Assembly (NCBI GenBank): GCA_045127235.1
Contig: JBGVPY010000022.1
Location: 264-64,263, forward strand
Length of the DNA: 64,000 nucleotides
Direction: 5' to 3'
From: Eubacteriales bacterium
GTDB taxonomy: Bacteria; Bacillota; Clostridia; Oscillospirales; CAG-272
Shown: piece by piece, positions 26,273-35,767 of the stretch
How the letters are laid out: each line of letters starts with the position of its first letter
Numbering within the stretch: position 1 is the stretch's first letter
Notes under the pieces: model-generated
Told to the model about the DNA's origin: nothing
Seen by the model: only the letters and a program-made list of their open reading frames with translations
Database searches by the model: none
Translations under genes and position numbers: made by a program

Positions 26273-26328
26273 GACCACTGACCACTGACCACTGACCACT
26301 GACCACTGACCACTGACCACTGACCACT
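26273..26328. repeat. Perfect tandem heptanucleotide repeat (GACCACT)x8
   Basis: Counted directly: 56 nt, 8 units. The last unit overlaps the tgt stop codon by 2 nt. Confidence 0.95.
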
Positions 26329-27463
26329 AGTTAGTGCTTCTTTCGCCTAAGATATTACGGTATTTTTGATAGAAGCTTTCAAAGTAGTCATTATCAAGTG
26401 CTTCTCTGATTTTTTCCATAAGGTCATTGTAGAAATAGAGGTTATGAAGCACACAAAGGCGCATACCGAGCGTTTCCTTTGCCTTGATAAGATGTCTTAT
26501 ATATGCTCTTGAATAATGCTGACAAGCAGGGCATTTACAGTTTTCATCTATTGGCTTCGCATCATCACGGTATTTTTCGTTCATGATATTCATTTTACCG
26601 TGCCATGTAAAGAGGTTACCGTGTCTTGCATTTCTTGATGGCATTACACAGTCAAAGAAGTCAATACCGCGATGTACGGCTTCAAGAATGTTACAGGGTG
26701 TGCCTACTCCCATTAGGTATCTTGGTTTATTTGCAGGCATATGAGGCTCTACGATGTCAATTATACGGTACATTTCCTCAGTTTCCTCGCCTACGGCAAG
26801 ACCGCCAATTGCGTAGCCATCAAGGTCAAGCTCTGCAATTTCTTGCATATGCTTAATTCTTAAATCCTCGTATGTGCTACCTTGGTTAATACCAAAAAGC
26901 ATTTGGTTTTTATTGATTGTGTCGGGAAGTGAATTAAGTCTGTCAAGCTCTACCTTACAACGCTTTAACCATCTTACTGTACGGTCGCAGGACTGCTTGG
27001 TGTAGTCATATTTGGCAGGGTTTTCAATACATTCATCAAATGCCATAGCGATTGTTGAGCCTAGGTTTGATTGAATTTGCATTGATTCCTCAGGACCCAT
27101 AAAAATACGCTTACCGTCAATGTGAGATGCGAATTTAACGCCCTCTTCGGTTATTTTGCGTAATTGAGCAAGGGAGAAAACCTGAAATCCACCGCTATCG
27201 GTAAGAATTGGCTTATCCCAATTCATAAACTTATGAAGTCCGCCTAAATCGTGAATAAGTCTATCGCCCGGGCGAATGTGTAGGTGGTATGTATTTGATA
27301 ATTCAACCTGACATTTAACGTCCTTTAAGTCCATTGAGGATATACCGCCCTTGATAGCGGCACATGTGCCTACATTCATAAAGACAGGTGTTTGAATTGT
27401 GCCGTGAACTGTTTCAAATTCACATCTTCTGGCCCTGCCGTCAGTTTTTAATATTTTTAACAT
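26327..27463 (-). CDS. tgt: Queuine tRNA-ribosyltransferase
   Basis: 378 aa. TDSGGFQ, GLAVGE, and the zinc site CxCxxC...H (CKCPACQHYSRAYIRH). Confidence 0.95.
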   Translation of the reverse strand: MLKILKTDGRARRCEFETVHGTIQTPVFMNVGTCAAIKGGISSMDLKDVKCQVELSNTYHLHIRPGDRLIHDLGGLHKFMNWDKPILTDSGGFQVFSLAQLRKITEEGVKFASHIDGKRIFMGPEESMQIQSNLGSTIAMAFDECIENPAKYDYTKQSCDRTVRWLKRCKVELDRLNSLPDTINKNQMLFGINQGSTYEDLRIKHMQEIAELDLDGYAIGGLAVGEETEEMYRIIDIVEPHMPANKPRYLMGVGTPCNILEAVHRGIDFFDCVMPSRNARHGNLFTWHGKMNIMNEKYRDDAKPIDENCKCPACQHYSRAYIRHLIKAKETLGMRLCVLHNLYFYNDLMEKIREALDNDYFESFYQKYRNILGERSTN

Positions 27464-27480
27464 TTCTGTTTCCTTTTCTT

Positions 27481-29472
27481 TTATTTAATGCGTTCAAATT
27501 CTTTTTCAAGGAAGTGCTTTGTAATTTCAAATGCTACGGGGCGACCGTGTGGGCAATACTTAATATTGTCAAGCGTTAGCGTTCTTTCAACTATCCATTT
27601 AATATGGGCGCTATCGTAAATTCTGCCTGCCTTAATTGCAGCCTTGCATGATGATTGATAAAGCGCTTTTTCAAATATTTCATATCTTGATTTTGATGCT
27701 TCCTTGCCGCTTGCTAGCTTTGACACAAGCTCTAAAAACGCATCCGTGCCTGCGCCTACCTCAATTTCAGATGGGATTTCGTTTACATATGCGCATCTTT
27801 CTTCAATTGTAAAGCCGTAGCCTGTTTTATTTATTTCTTCCTTGTACTCGTTTAGTGCAGCTATTTCCTCACTTGCAAGGGGAATTTCAAGAGGAATTAA
27901 GAGCATTTGCGATGATGGATTTGCTTCGCTTATTTTCTTCTTTAGGTCCTCAAAAATAATTCTTTCGTGGGCGGCATGCTTATCTATAAGATAAAGTATT
28001 TCGCCTAATTCTACGATTACATAGGAATTAAATGCTTCGCCTATGATTTTATAGTCGGGGACTATTTTTGGAGCTATGATTTCTTCTTTTATTTTTTCTT
28101 TTGGTGCTTCTTGTGCTTCATCTACCTTGATTTCGGGAATGATAGCTTTATTATTCTCGGTTGTAGCTCTTGGAGTAAATGATGCAGATACCTTTAACTG
28201 TGATGATACAGGATTATCATACTTTCTAAGGAAATCGGGAACGAAATCATCCTCGCTTGGTAGCTCTATTTTTGTTGCTTGTATTGGTTTGCTTTGAGCC
28301 TCTGTTTTTTGTATAGGCTTTGTTGGTTGAATATAGGATATGGTTTTATCCTTATTTTCTGTGCCTATATTACCATTTGTATCAAATACGATTTTTTCAT
28401 TTTTAGGTGCTTCTCTATCAAATGCCTTAAATGGTGCATTTGCAATACTTTCCTTTGGCTCGTTAAAGAGCGTTGGGCGTTCAATTTTTGTGGCTAATGC
28501 TGTTCTTACGGCGTAATATATTGCATCAAAAATCACTTGCTCGTTTGAGAATTTAACCTCTAACTTAGATGGATGCACATTGACATCTACATATCTTGGG
28601 TCAATTTCTACATTAATTACACAAACGGGGAATTTATCGCCTGGTATATAAGAGTCAAATGCTTGCTCGAGCGCCTTTACCATAACGGCGCTTCTTATAT
28701 AGCGTGAGTTTATGTAAAAGATTTCAAGGTTTCTGTTGCTTCTGTTTAGGTTAGGGGATGAGATAAAGCCTTCGATTTTTATGCCGTTTTCCTCACGGAA
28801 AACCTTGATTGTTTTCTTGGCTACATCACTACCTAAAATTGCATAGATTGCATTTTGGGTGTTGTTATCGCCTGAGGTTATAAACTTAACCTCGCCGTCT
28901 ATTATGTACTTAAAGGAAATATCGGGGCGGGACATTGCAACCTTTTCAACTATTGACGTTATATAGGATGCTTCGGTTGCATCACGCTTTAAGAATTTTT
29001 TTCTTGCAGGGACATTATAAAATAAGTCCTCAACAATTACTGTTGTGCCCTCTTGACATCCTGCATTTATGTGAGTTAAAACCTTGCCTGCGTGTGCTTC
29101 AAGCATTGCGCCCATTTCGTTATTTTTTGTTTTTGATAAAATTCTCATTTTGGAAACAGAGGAAATTGCTGCAAGAGCCTCGCCTCTAAATCCTAATGTT
29201 ACAATGCTATCAAGGTCCGATGCTTCCTTAATTTTGCTGGTTGCATGGCGTAAAAGCGCAGTTGGTAAATCCTCGTATTCAATGCCGCATCCGTTATCGG
29301 CAATTCTTATAAAGGACGTGCCACCGTTTTTAATTTCTACTGTTATCTTGTCTGCGCCTGAGTCTATGGCGTTTTCAAGTAACTCCTTAACCACAGAGGA
29401 AGGACGGTCAACAACCTCGCCTGCGGCTATTAAATTGGCAATATCAAAGCCTAATACGTTAATTTTTCCCAT
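27481..29472 (-). CDS. mutL: DNA mismatch repair protein MutL
   Basis: N-terminal GHKL ATPase motifs (IAAGEVV, ELLENAIDSGA, DNGCGI). 663 aa. Confidence 0.95.
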   Translation of the reverse strand: MGKINVLGFDIANLIAAGEVVDRPSSVVKELLENAIDSGADKITVEIKNGGTSFIRIADNGCGIEYEDLPTALLRHATSKIKEASDLDSIVTLGFRGEALAAISSVSKMRILSKTKNNEMGAMLEAHAGKVLTHINAGCQEGTTVIVEDLFYNVPARKKFLKRDATEASYITSIVEKVAMSRPDISFKYIIDGEVKFITSGDNNTQNAIYAILGSDVAKKTIKVFREENGIKIEGFISSPNLNRSNRNLEIFYINSRYIRSAVMVKALEQAFDSYIPGDKFPVCVINVEIDPRYVDVNVHPSKLEVKFSNEQVIFDAIYYAVRTALATKIERPTLFNEPKESIANAPFKAFDREAPKNEKIVFDTNGNIGTENKDKTISYIQPTKPIQKTEAQSKPIQATKIELPSEDDFVPDFLRKYDNPVSSQLKVSASFTPRATTENNKAIIPEIKVDEAQEAPKEKIKEEIIAPKIVPDYKIIGEAFNSYVIVELGEILYLIDKHAAHERIIFEDLKKKISEANPSSQMLLIPLEIPLASEEIAALNEYKEEINKTGYGFTIEERCAYVNEIPSEIEVGAGTDAFLELVSKLASGKEASKSRYEIFEKALYQSSCKAAIKAGRIYDSAHIKWIVERTLTLDNIKYCPHGRPVAFEITKHFLEKEFERIK

Positions 29473-29502
29473 TGCTTTCCATCCTTTCTAATAGTTTATT
29501 TA

Positions 29503-32082
29503 TTAAAATAGCTTTTTAAGCTCAAAAATGAAGTTCATAGCTTCAATTGGGGTAAGGGTATTTAAGTCTACCTTTTTAATTCTGTCGGCTGCCTCGTAAA
29601 CGCTCATATCCTCAAAGGACATTTCCATACCGATTTCGGTTGTTTTTGGTTTAGGAGCTTTTTCGGTAACAACGCCATTTTCTACCATTTCGGCAAGGAT
29701 ACTCTTTGCGCGTTTAACTACCTCATTTGGTACACCTGCTAATTTGGCAACCTCAATACCGTAGCTATCATCGGTAGGTCCTTTAACGATTTTACGAAGG
29801 AATATAATATCCTCGCCACGCTTTTTAGCGGCAATATTATAGTTTACTATACCGTTTTGTCCGTTTTCGAGGGATGTAAGCTCGTGGTAGTGGGTAGCAA
29901 ACATAGATTTTGCACCGATTTTCTTGCCTGCGGTATATTCGGCAATAGCTCTTGCTATGCTCATACCATCATAGGTTGATGTGCCTCTGCCGATTTCATC
30001 ATAAATGATAAAGCTCTTTTTAGTTGCATTTGCAAGAATGTAGGCAACCTCGGTCATTTCAAGCATAAACGTTGACTGACCTGACGCTAAGTCATCAGAT
30101 GCGCCTACTCTTGTAAATAATTTATCTACTATGCCTATTCTTGCTTGCTTAGCAGGAACAAATGAGCCAATTTGCGCCATTAAAACTATTAAAGCACTTT
30201 GGCGCATGTAAGTTGACTTACCTGCCATATTCGGTCCTGTGATAAGCGCTAAGCGGTCGCTTGACGTGTTTAGATACGTATCGTTAGGAACGAAGTAGCT
30301 ATCCTTTACAAATTGCTCAACTACCGGGTGTCTGCCATCCTTAATGTCAATTATATCGCTATAATCAACCTCAGGGCAAACATAGTTATTCTTAATCGCC
30401 ACCTCGGCAAGTGAGATATAGGTATCTAATTTTGCAAGCATATTTGCAGACCTTTGTACACGCTTAAGGTTTTCCTCAAGCTTGGCGCGAAGTGCTACAA
30501 AAAGCTCGTATTCAAGGGTGCAGAGCTTGTCCTTTGCTCCTAACACCGTTGATTCCATATTTTTTAAATCCTCTGTAATGTATCTTTCACAGTTGGATAA
30601 TGTTTGCTTTCTTATATATCTATCAGGTACTTGGTTTATAAAGGATTTTGTTACCTCTATATAGTAGCCAAATACTCTGTTATAGCCTATTTTAAGTGTT
30701 TTAATTCCTGTGAGCTCACGCTCGCCCTCTTCGATTGTATCTATCCAACCCTTACCGTCGCTCATTACTGTACGGAGATAGTCAATATCCTTATTGTAGC
30801 CATCCTTAATAAAGCCGCCCTCTCTTACAGAGAATGGTGGAAGCTCTATAAGCATATCATCAATAAGTGTATAGATATCCTCAAGGGTGTCAAGGTTTTC
30901 TCTAATTTCGGAAAGCTCTCTATCATTTACTGTATAGAGAAGGTTTTTAATTTCAGGAATTACCTTTATTGTGGATGCGATTGCTCTTGCATCCTTTCCA
31001 TTCGCGGTGCCATAGACTACCTTTGTCATAAGTCTTTCAAGGTCAAGGACATTTGACAAAAGCTTAGAGATTTCATCTCTTAGCACCATGTTGGAATAGA
31101 GAGTGTTTATTGCGCCTTGGCGGGCAATAATTCTTTGTACATCAATTAGCGGATGCTCAACGAAATGGCGAAGCATTCTTGCGCCCATTGATGTTTTTGT
31201 TTTGTCAAGAACCCAGTAAAGGCTTCCGCGCTTTTCCTTAGTTCTCATTGACTCGCATAATTCAAGGTTACGGCGTGTGTTAAGGTCCATTTCAAGATAC
31301 TGTCCCTCGCCGTAAATGCTTATGTTGTTGATATATGATATATCTGTTTTTTGAGTTTTTAATATGTACTCTAAAATTGCGCCGATGGCACACATTAGGT
31401 GGCTATCAGACTCGTATTTGTTTATAAAGTCTTGACCGAATTGACAAAATACTCTGTCATCGCACTCGCTTTTATTAAAATACTCTGTCATTTCAAAGCC
31501 ACAAAGCGCACTAAGTCTTGATTTTGCAAACTCGCCAATATATCCGCCTGCAAGCTTAGGCAGGTTGGTTATGATTTCCTTTGGCGCGTATGTGCCAAGC
31601 TCATTTAAAAGCTTAGCTTGCTCATTTTCAACGGTAGTAGCATAGATTTCGCCTGTTGAAACATCGGCAAAGCATACGCCTACGCTATCTCCCTCAAAGT
31701 AAAGTGAGCAAAGATAGTTGTTTTTATTTTCAGTTAAAAGGTTGGTTTCAACTACTGTACCCGGAGTAATTTCTCTTACTACCTCACGTCTTACAATGCC
31801 CTTTGCTTGTGAGGGGTCCTCCATTTGCTCGCAAATTGCAACCTTATAGCCCTTGGAGATAAGCTTACCGATATAGCCCTCGCAGCTATGGTAAGGAACG
31901 CCACACATTGGCGCTCTTTCAGGCTCTCCGCAGTCTCTACCTGTTAATGTTAATTCAAGCTCTCTTGATGCAGTAATAGCATCATCAAAGAACATTTCAT
32001 AGAAATCTCCAAGACGGTAAAACAATATAAAATCCTTATATTGCTTTTTTATCTCGAGATATTGTAGCATCATTTGAGTCAT
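29503..32082 (-). CDS. mutS: DNA mismatch repair protein MutS
   Basis: MMLQYLEIK, GDFYE, Walker A GPNMAGKST. 859 aa. Confidence 0.95.
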   Translation of the reverse strand: MTQMMLQYLEIKKQYKDFILFYRLGDFYEMFFDDAITASRELELTLTGRDCGEPERAPMCGVPYHSCEGYIGKLISKGYKVAICEQMEDPSQAKGIVRREVVREITPGTVVETNLLTENKNNYLCSLYFEGDSVGVCFADVSTGEIYATTVENEQAKLLNELGTYAPKEIITNLPKLAGGYIGEFAKSRLSALCGFEMTEYFNKSECDDRVFCQFGQDFINKYESDSHLMCAIGAILEYILKTQKTDISYINNISIYGEGQYLEMDLNTRRNLELCESMRTKEKRGSLYWVLDKTKTSMGARMLRHFVEHPLIDVQRIIARQGAINTLYSNMVLRDEISKLLSNVLDLERLMTKVVYGTANGKDARAIASTIKVIPEIKNLLYTVNDRELSEIRENLDTLEDIYTLIDDMLIELPPFSVREGGFIKDGYNKDIDYLRTVMSDGKGWIDTIEEGERELTGIKTLKIGYNRVFGYYIEVTKSFINQVPDRYIRKQTLSNCERYITEDLKNMESTVLGAKDKLCTLEYELFVALRAKLEENLKRVQRSANMLAKLDTYISLAEVAIKNNYVCPEVDYSDIIDIKDGRHPVVEQFVKDSYFVPNDTYLNTSSDRLALITGPNMAGKSTYMRQSALIVLMAQIGSFVPAKQARIGIVDKLFTRVGASDDLASGQSTFMLEMTEVAYILANATKKSFIIYDEIGRGTSTYDGMSIARAIAEYTAGKKIGAKSMFATHYHELTSLENGQNGIVNYNIAAKKRGEDIIFLRKIVKGPTDDSYGIEVAKLAGVPNEVVKRAKSILAEMVENGVVTEKAPKPKTTEIGMEMSFEDMSVYEAADRIKKVDLNTLTPIEAMNFIFELKKLF

Positions 32083-32124
32083 ATTGTTTTACCTTCCTCT
32101 TGGTTTTCGTTAGATTAGTTTAAA

Positions 32125-32517
32125 TTAGTGGTGGTGTCCACAGTCTGAGCCACATGAATGGCAGTCATGTGTGCATGGGCGTTGACCTGTGATGTTATAT
32201 TCAATTTCGCCGTTGACTGCTTGCATAAGAGCGTTAACTGCTTCGTTTGCCTCATTAAGTGCAACAAAAACATCCTTTTCTGTTACTTCCTTAACGATAG
32301 CATCAAGTCTTGCTTCGATTGATTCAATGATTGCTGGGTCAACCGTTTCCTTCTTATATTCCTCAGCAAGTGCTGTTTGTTGAACATTGTATTCAAGCAT
32401 AAGCTTTTGAAGGTCCTCATCCTTTTCGTAAGCTTCTCTTGCCTCGTTCATTTTTGTGATTCTTTCATCTGCCTTAATTGCTTTTCCAAGCTCAGCAGCA
32501 AGTTCCATAATTGTCAT
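32125..32517 (-). CDS. YlbF/YmcA-family protein with C-terminal Cys/His-rich tail
   Basis: Helical 110-aa body resembling YlbF-family regulators. Tail is CTHDCHSCGSDCGHHH. Confidence 0.55.
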   Translation of the reverse strand: MTIMELAAELGKAIKADERITKMNEAREAYEKDEDLQKLMLEYNVQQTALAEEYKKETVDPAIIESIEARLDAIVKEVTEKDVFVALNEANEAVNALMQAVNGEIEYNITGQRPCTHDCHSCGSDCGHHH

Positions 32518-32536
32518 AATTTTATACTCCTTTTTA

Positions 32537-33937
32537 TTATTTTTCTATAATTTCACCATACAGCGCAAAGGTGTCTGTTTTGATGATTTTTACTGTTATA
32601 AATTGTCCCGTGTAGTCAGTATCACTTTCAAAGTGGACTATTTTGCCACCCTCTGTGCGTGAGGTATATACGCTTTCGTTATTTTTGCTTTTGCCGTCAA
32701 CTAATACTCTAACTGTTTTGTTTAGATATTTGGCGTTAAGCTCATAGGAAATTTCGTTTTGCACCTGACATAGACGGTCATAGCGAATGTGCTTTATTTC
32801 CTCAGAGATATGGTCCTCCATTTTGTCAGCAGGAGTGCCTTTTCTTCTTGAATAGATAAAGCTGAAAATTGAATCGTATTTTACCTTTTTGATTATATCT
32901 ATTGTTTTTTCAAAGTCCTCGTCGGTTTCTCCCGGGAAGCCTACTATTATATCGGTGGTAAGGACAGTGTCCTCTCTGCCGTCTCGTAGCTTGTCTATGA
33001 TAGAGAGATATTTTTCAGTATCATAATGGCGGTTCATTTTTTTAAGAATATCATCTGAGCCAGATTGCAAAGGCAGATGGAAGCAATTAGCACAATGCTT
33101 ATTATTCTTTAATGCTTCTATCATTTCATTTGATGCATCCTTAGGGTGTGAGGTCATTAAGTGGATTAAGAAGTCGCCCTCTATTTTGCCAATTTCGTTA
33201 AGAAGGTCAGCAATTGTTGGCTTTCCTTCTAAATCCTTGCCGTAGGAGTTTACATTTTGACCAAGTAATGTTATATCGTGGTAGCCCTCTTTTGCAAGCT
33301 CTTTTATTTCTTCAATAATGTCCTCCATATTACGGCTACGCTCTCTGCCGCGGACATATGGGACTATACAGTAGGTGCAGAAGTTATTACATCCGTACAT
33401 AATGCTTACCCATGCCTTGTAGTTGCTTTCACGCACAACTGGAAGTCCCTCGGCAATTTCGGGGGCTTGTGGGTCGATTGTAAATAATCTTTTGCCTTTA
33501 TTAAGTGCGTTTGAAACATATTCGGGCAAGCGATACATTGTGCCTGTGCCGAATACAAAATCAACATAATGGTATGAGCGTTTAAAATGGTCAATTCTAT
33601 GCTGTTGGGCGGTCATACATCCGCATACGCCTATAATAAGGTCGGGATTTTTAGTTTTATAATGCTTATATCTGCCGATAATGGAAAGTGCGCGTCTTTC
33701 GGCATGCTCTCTTATGGCGCAGGTGTTTACAAGCAGTAAATCTGCCTCTTCCTCCTTATAGGTAATTTCATAGCCAAGGCTTTTTAAAATGCCTCTCATT
33801 CTTTCGCTATCTGCCTCGTTTTGCTGACAGCCAAGAGTGAATACACAGGCTTTAAGTCCTTTGCCGTTAATTAGTGTGCGAACATTATCTATAAAGAGCT
33901 TTTGTTTTTTCATTTCTTCTATACTGACAAAGCTCAT
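32537..33937 (-). CDS. miaB: tRNA-2-methylthio-N6-dimethylallyladenosine synthase
   Basis: N-terminal UPF0004 Cys triad, radical SAM motif CNNFCTYC, C-terminal TRAM. 466 aa. Confidence 0.9.
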   Translation of the reverse strand: MSFVSIEEMKKQKLFIDNVRTLINGKGLKACVFTLGCQQNEADSERMRGILKSLGYEITYKEEEADLLLVNTCAIREHAERRALSIIGRYKHYKTKNPDLIIGVCGCMTAQQHRIDHFKRSYHYVDFVFGTGTMYRLPEYVSNALNKGKRLFTIDPQAPEIAEGLPVVRESNYKAWVSIMYGCNNFCTYCIVPYVRGRERSRNMEDIIEEIKELAKEGYHDITLLGQNVNSYGKDLEGKPTIADLLNEIGKIEGDFLIHLMTSHPKDASNEMIEALKNNKHCANCFHLPLQSGSDDILKKMNRHYDTEKYLSIIDKLRDGREDTVLTTDIIVGFPGETDEDFEKTIDIIKKVKYDSIFSFIYSRRKGTPADKMEDHISEEIKHIRYDRLCQVQNEISYELNAKYLNKTVRVLVDGKSKNNESVYTSRTEGGKIVHFESDTDYTGQFITVKIIKTDTFALYGEIIEK

Positions 33938-34134
33938 TTTTTCCTCTTTGATGTTATTCTTTGTTATATTTAAGTTATTTTAACACATTTTCGTTAAATA
34001 ATCAAGTTTTTTATAATATATTATTATAGAAAACCGTTTAAATTTCTTTAATTTAGTATCTTGATTTTTTGGTATGACATATGATATAATTAAAGTACAG
34101 CGGTTTCGTTGTAATTTTTGAAAGGAGAATCATT

Positions 34135-34377
34135 ATGGCAAATCAATCTTTAACTGCTCAATACGAAGCACTCCCAAAGATCATCAAGATCATCATCCAA
34201 CTTTTTCTTGGTGCATTAGTAGGTGGCATTTACCGTATCGTTCGTTTTCTTGAAACAAAGAATATCGTTACTCTTGTTGCTGGTATTCTTAATTTCGTTG
34301 GTCTTGGCTTTATTTTTTGGATCATTGACCTTGTTACAGAAATTACAAGCAATAAGATTACAGTTTTAGCTGAATAA
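34135..34377 (+). CDS. Small membrane protein (80 aa, 2 TM)
   Basis: RBS AAAGGAGA, two hydrophobic segments, followed by hairpins. Confidence 0.6.
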   Translation: MANQSLTAQYEALPKIIKIIIQLFLGALVGGIYRIVRFLETKNIVTLVAGILNFVGLGFIFWIIDLVTEITSNKITVLAE

Positions 34378-34427
34378 ATTAAAATACATAGGCGCTTCTA
34401 TTAAGAGGCGCTTTTGTTTTATAAAAC

Positions 34428-34451
34428 AAAAACGGCGTAATGCCGTTTTTT
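34428..34451. terminator. Bidirectional terminator-like hairpin
   Basis: aaaaacggc-gtaat-gccgttttt. Confidence 0.5.
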
Positions 34452-34560
34452 ATTTGCTATCCTCTACTAGCTTATCGTACACATCAAATACCTTATCAAT
34501 TATTTCTTCATCAAATAATGCATCTATTGGCTTTTGGTATTCTCTCATAAGTTATCTCTT

Positions 34561-34812
34561 TTAGTTTTCTTCATTCATGTTGCAACAGAGGTATGCATAT
34601 TCATAATAGGTTTTGTAGCTCGCTCCGTTATTATCCTCGCCTATACCATCATTTACATATACGGTTGCGCCAAAAACCTTAATGCCTACAATATATTCGC
34701 CGCTATATAAAATTTCAAGGTTGTTTGAGTAGTTTTCAAATGTATCGGTGTTTTCGTAAAATTTTTCGCTATCAATTTGACCGTATGATGACCACACATA
34801 ATTACTTGACAT
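34561..34812 (-). CDS. Hypothetical protein (83 aa)
   Basis: ORF 18 nt downstream of the preceding gene on the same strand. No motif recognised. Confidence 0.45.
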   Translation of the reverse strand: MSSNYVWSSYGQIDSEKFYENTDTFENYSNNLEILYSGEYIVGIKVFGATVYVNDGIGEDNNGASYKTYYEYAYLCCNMNEEN

Positions 34813-34830
34813 TGGTTATGAGTTAAATAT

Positions 34831-35424
34831 TTATGTGCTTGATATAATTTCCTCTAGATTTTCTACTATAAATAGCTGTGCGCTTGGCTCAAGCTTTATT
34901 TGCGATTTTACTTCACCTGTCTTTTTATCAACGGTTTCCTCGCAGGTAATTCCTATTTTGTTTGCTAATTCTGATGGAGTATATACTGTTTTATTCACAA
35001 CCGCTTGGACCTTTTTCGTTTCAAAAAAGCCTTTATTTGTCAGCCACTCGTTTATTCTTGTGGATGATAGCTTTTCGGTTGTATCAGCATCAATTACTGC
35101 ATTGATATTTTTCATAAATGAAAGAACGGTTACAGGCTCCTTAGAAAGCTTGATGCTATCAATTTGCTCACGGGTGATATTAAATTCTTGTTTTTTGTGA
35201 ATTACAACTGTGTTTTTGTCCTTTTCAGCTTCAAGCTTTTTAACCTTCTTTTTTAGGTCAACATATTCATCAAGAATGTCTGTAATAAAATCAAAGCATT
35301 TTAGTACCCTTTCATCCATAAAAACGGAATCGTTAGGAATTTCAACTCCTGTTATAGGATGCACTCCATCGCTAAGAAGCTTTAGGTACATTTTGGCTCT
35401 TTCTATAAGCTCTGTGTTGTCCAT
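34831..35424 (-). CDS. Hypothetical protein (197 aa from the ATG with RBS AAGGCGGTG)
   Basis: Track ORF 34831-35463. The internal ATG at 35424 has the better RBS. Coiled-coil-like KKKVKKLEAEKDK linker. Confidence 0.5.
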   Translation of the reverse strand: MDNTELIERAKMYLKLLSDGVHPITGVEIPNDSVFMDERVLKCFDFITDILDEYVDLKKKVKKLEAEKDKNTVVIHKKQEFNITREQIDSIKLSKEPVTVLSFMKNINAVIDADTTEKLSSTRINEWLTNKGFFETKKVQAVVNKTVYTPSELANKIGITCEETVDKKTGEVKSQIKLEPSAQLFIVENLEEIISST

Positions 35425-35529
35425 ATAATCACCGCCTTTTTTACATTTTATCATATTTTTCAAAACAAATCAAGGTAGATTTAGCTTTTAAAAAAGACTA
35501 TTATTTTGCAACAAAATTAAAATCTTTTT

Positions 35530-35541
35530 TGGTGCGAGAAA
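35530..35541. repeat. 12-nt direct repeat of the tRNA-Leu 3' end (TGGTGCGAGAAA)
   Basis: Identical to 36539-36550. Both copies are preceded by a T-run. Confidence 0.6.
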
Positions 35542-35767
35542 TGTCGCGCGTTAAGAAAATGATTGATAATCATTTTTAGCGCGAAGACCGAGGTAGGCGA
35601 GGTCTGTCCCGTTTCTCCTCGGAGTAAAGACCTATTGATTGCAAAAAAATAAAGACTAAGATGAACTTAGTCTTTACTCTGCGGAAGAACAGCGAAAAGG
35701 TGTATAAATGTAGGTAAGAATAATAAAAAGGTGTGTAAGTCGGTGCGATAAACCACAAATTAGATGA

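Noticed and set aside
26273-26328. Heptamer tract, and the 36324-36477 motif array, as CRISPR arrays
   Set aside because: The heptamer tract has no spacers. The tRNA-Leu array has 10-12-nt motifs in two orientations with structured 12-26-nt intervals. There are no cas genes in the window.
29084-31056. 135-aa and 150-aa + strand ORFs inside mutL/mutS. Similar cases: 45440-45988, 57997-58404, 59818-60252, 22309-22662, 34835-35200, 6659-7003, 7173-7502, 39280-39594
   Set aside because: These are shadow ORFs opposite well-supported genes, with no RBS and low-complexity translations.
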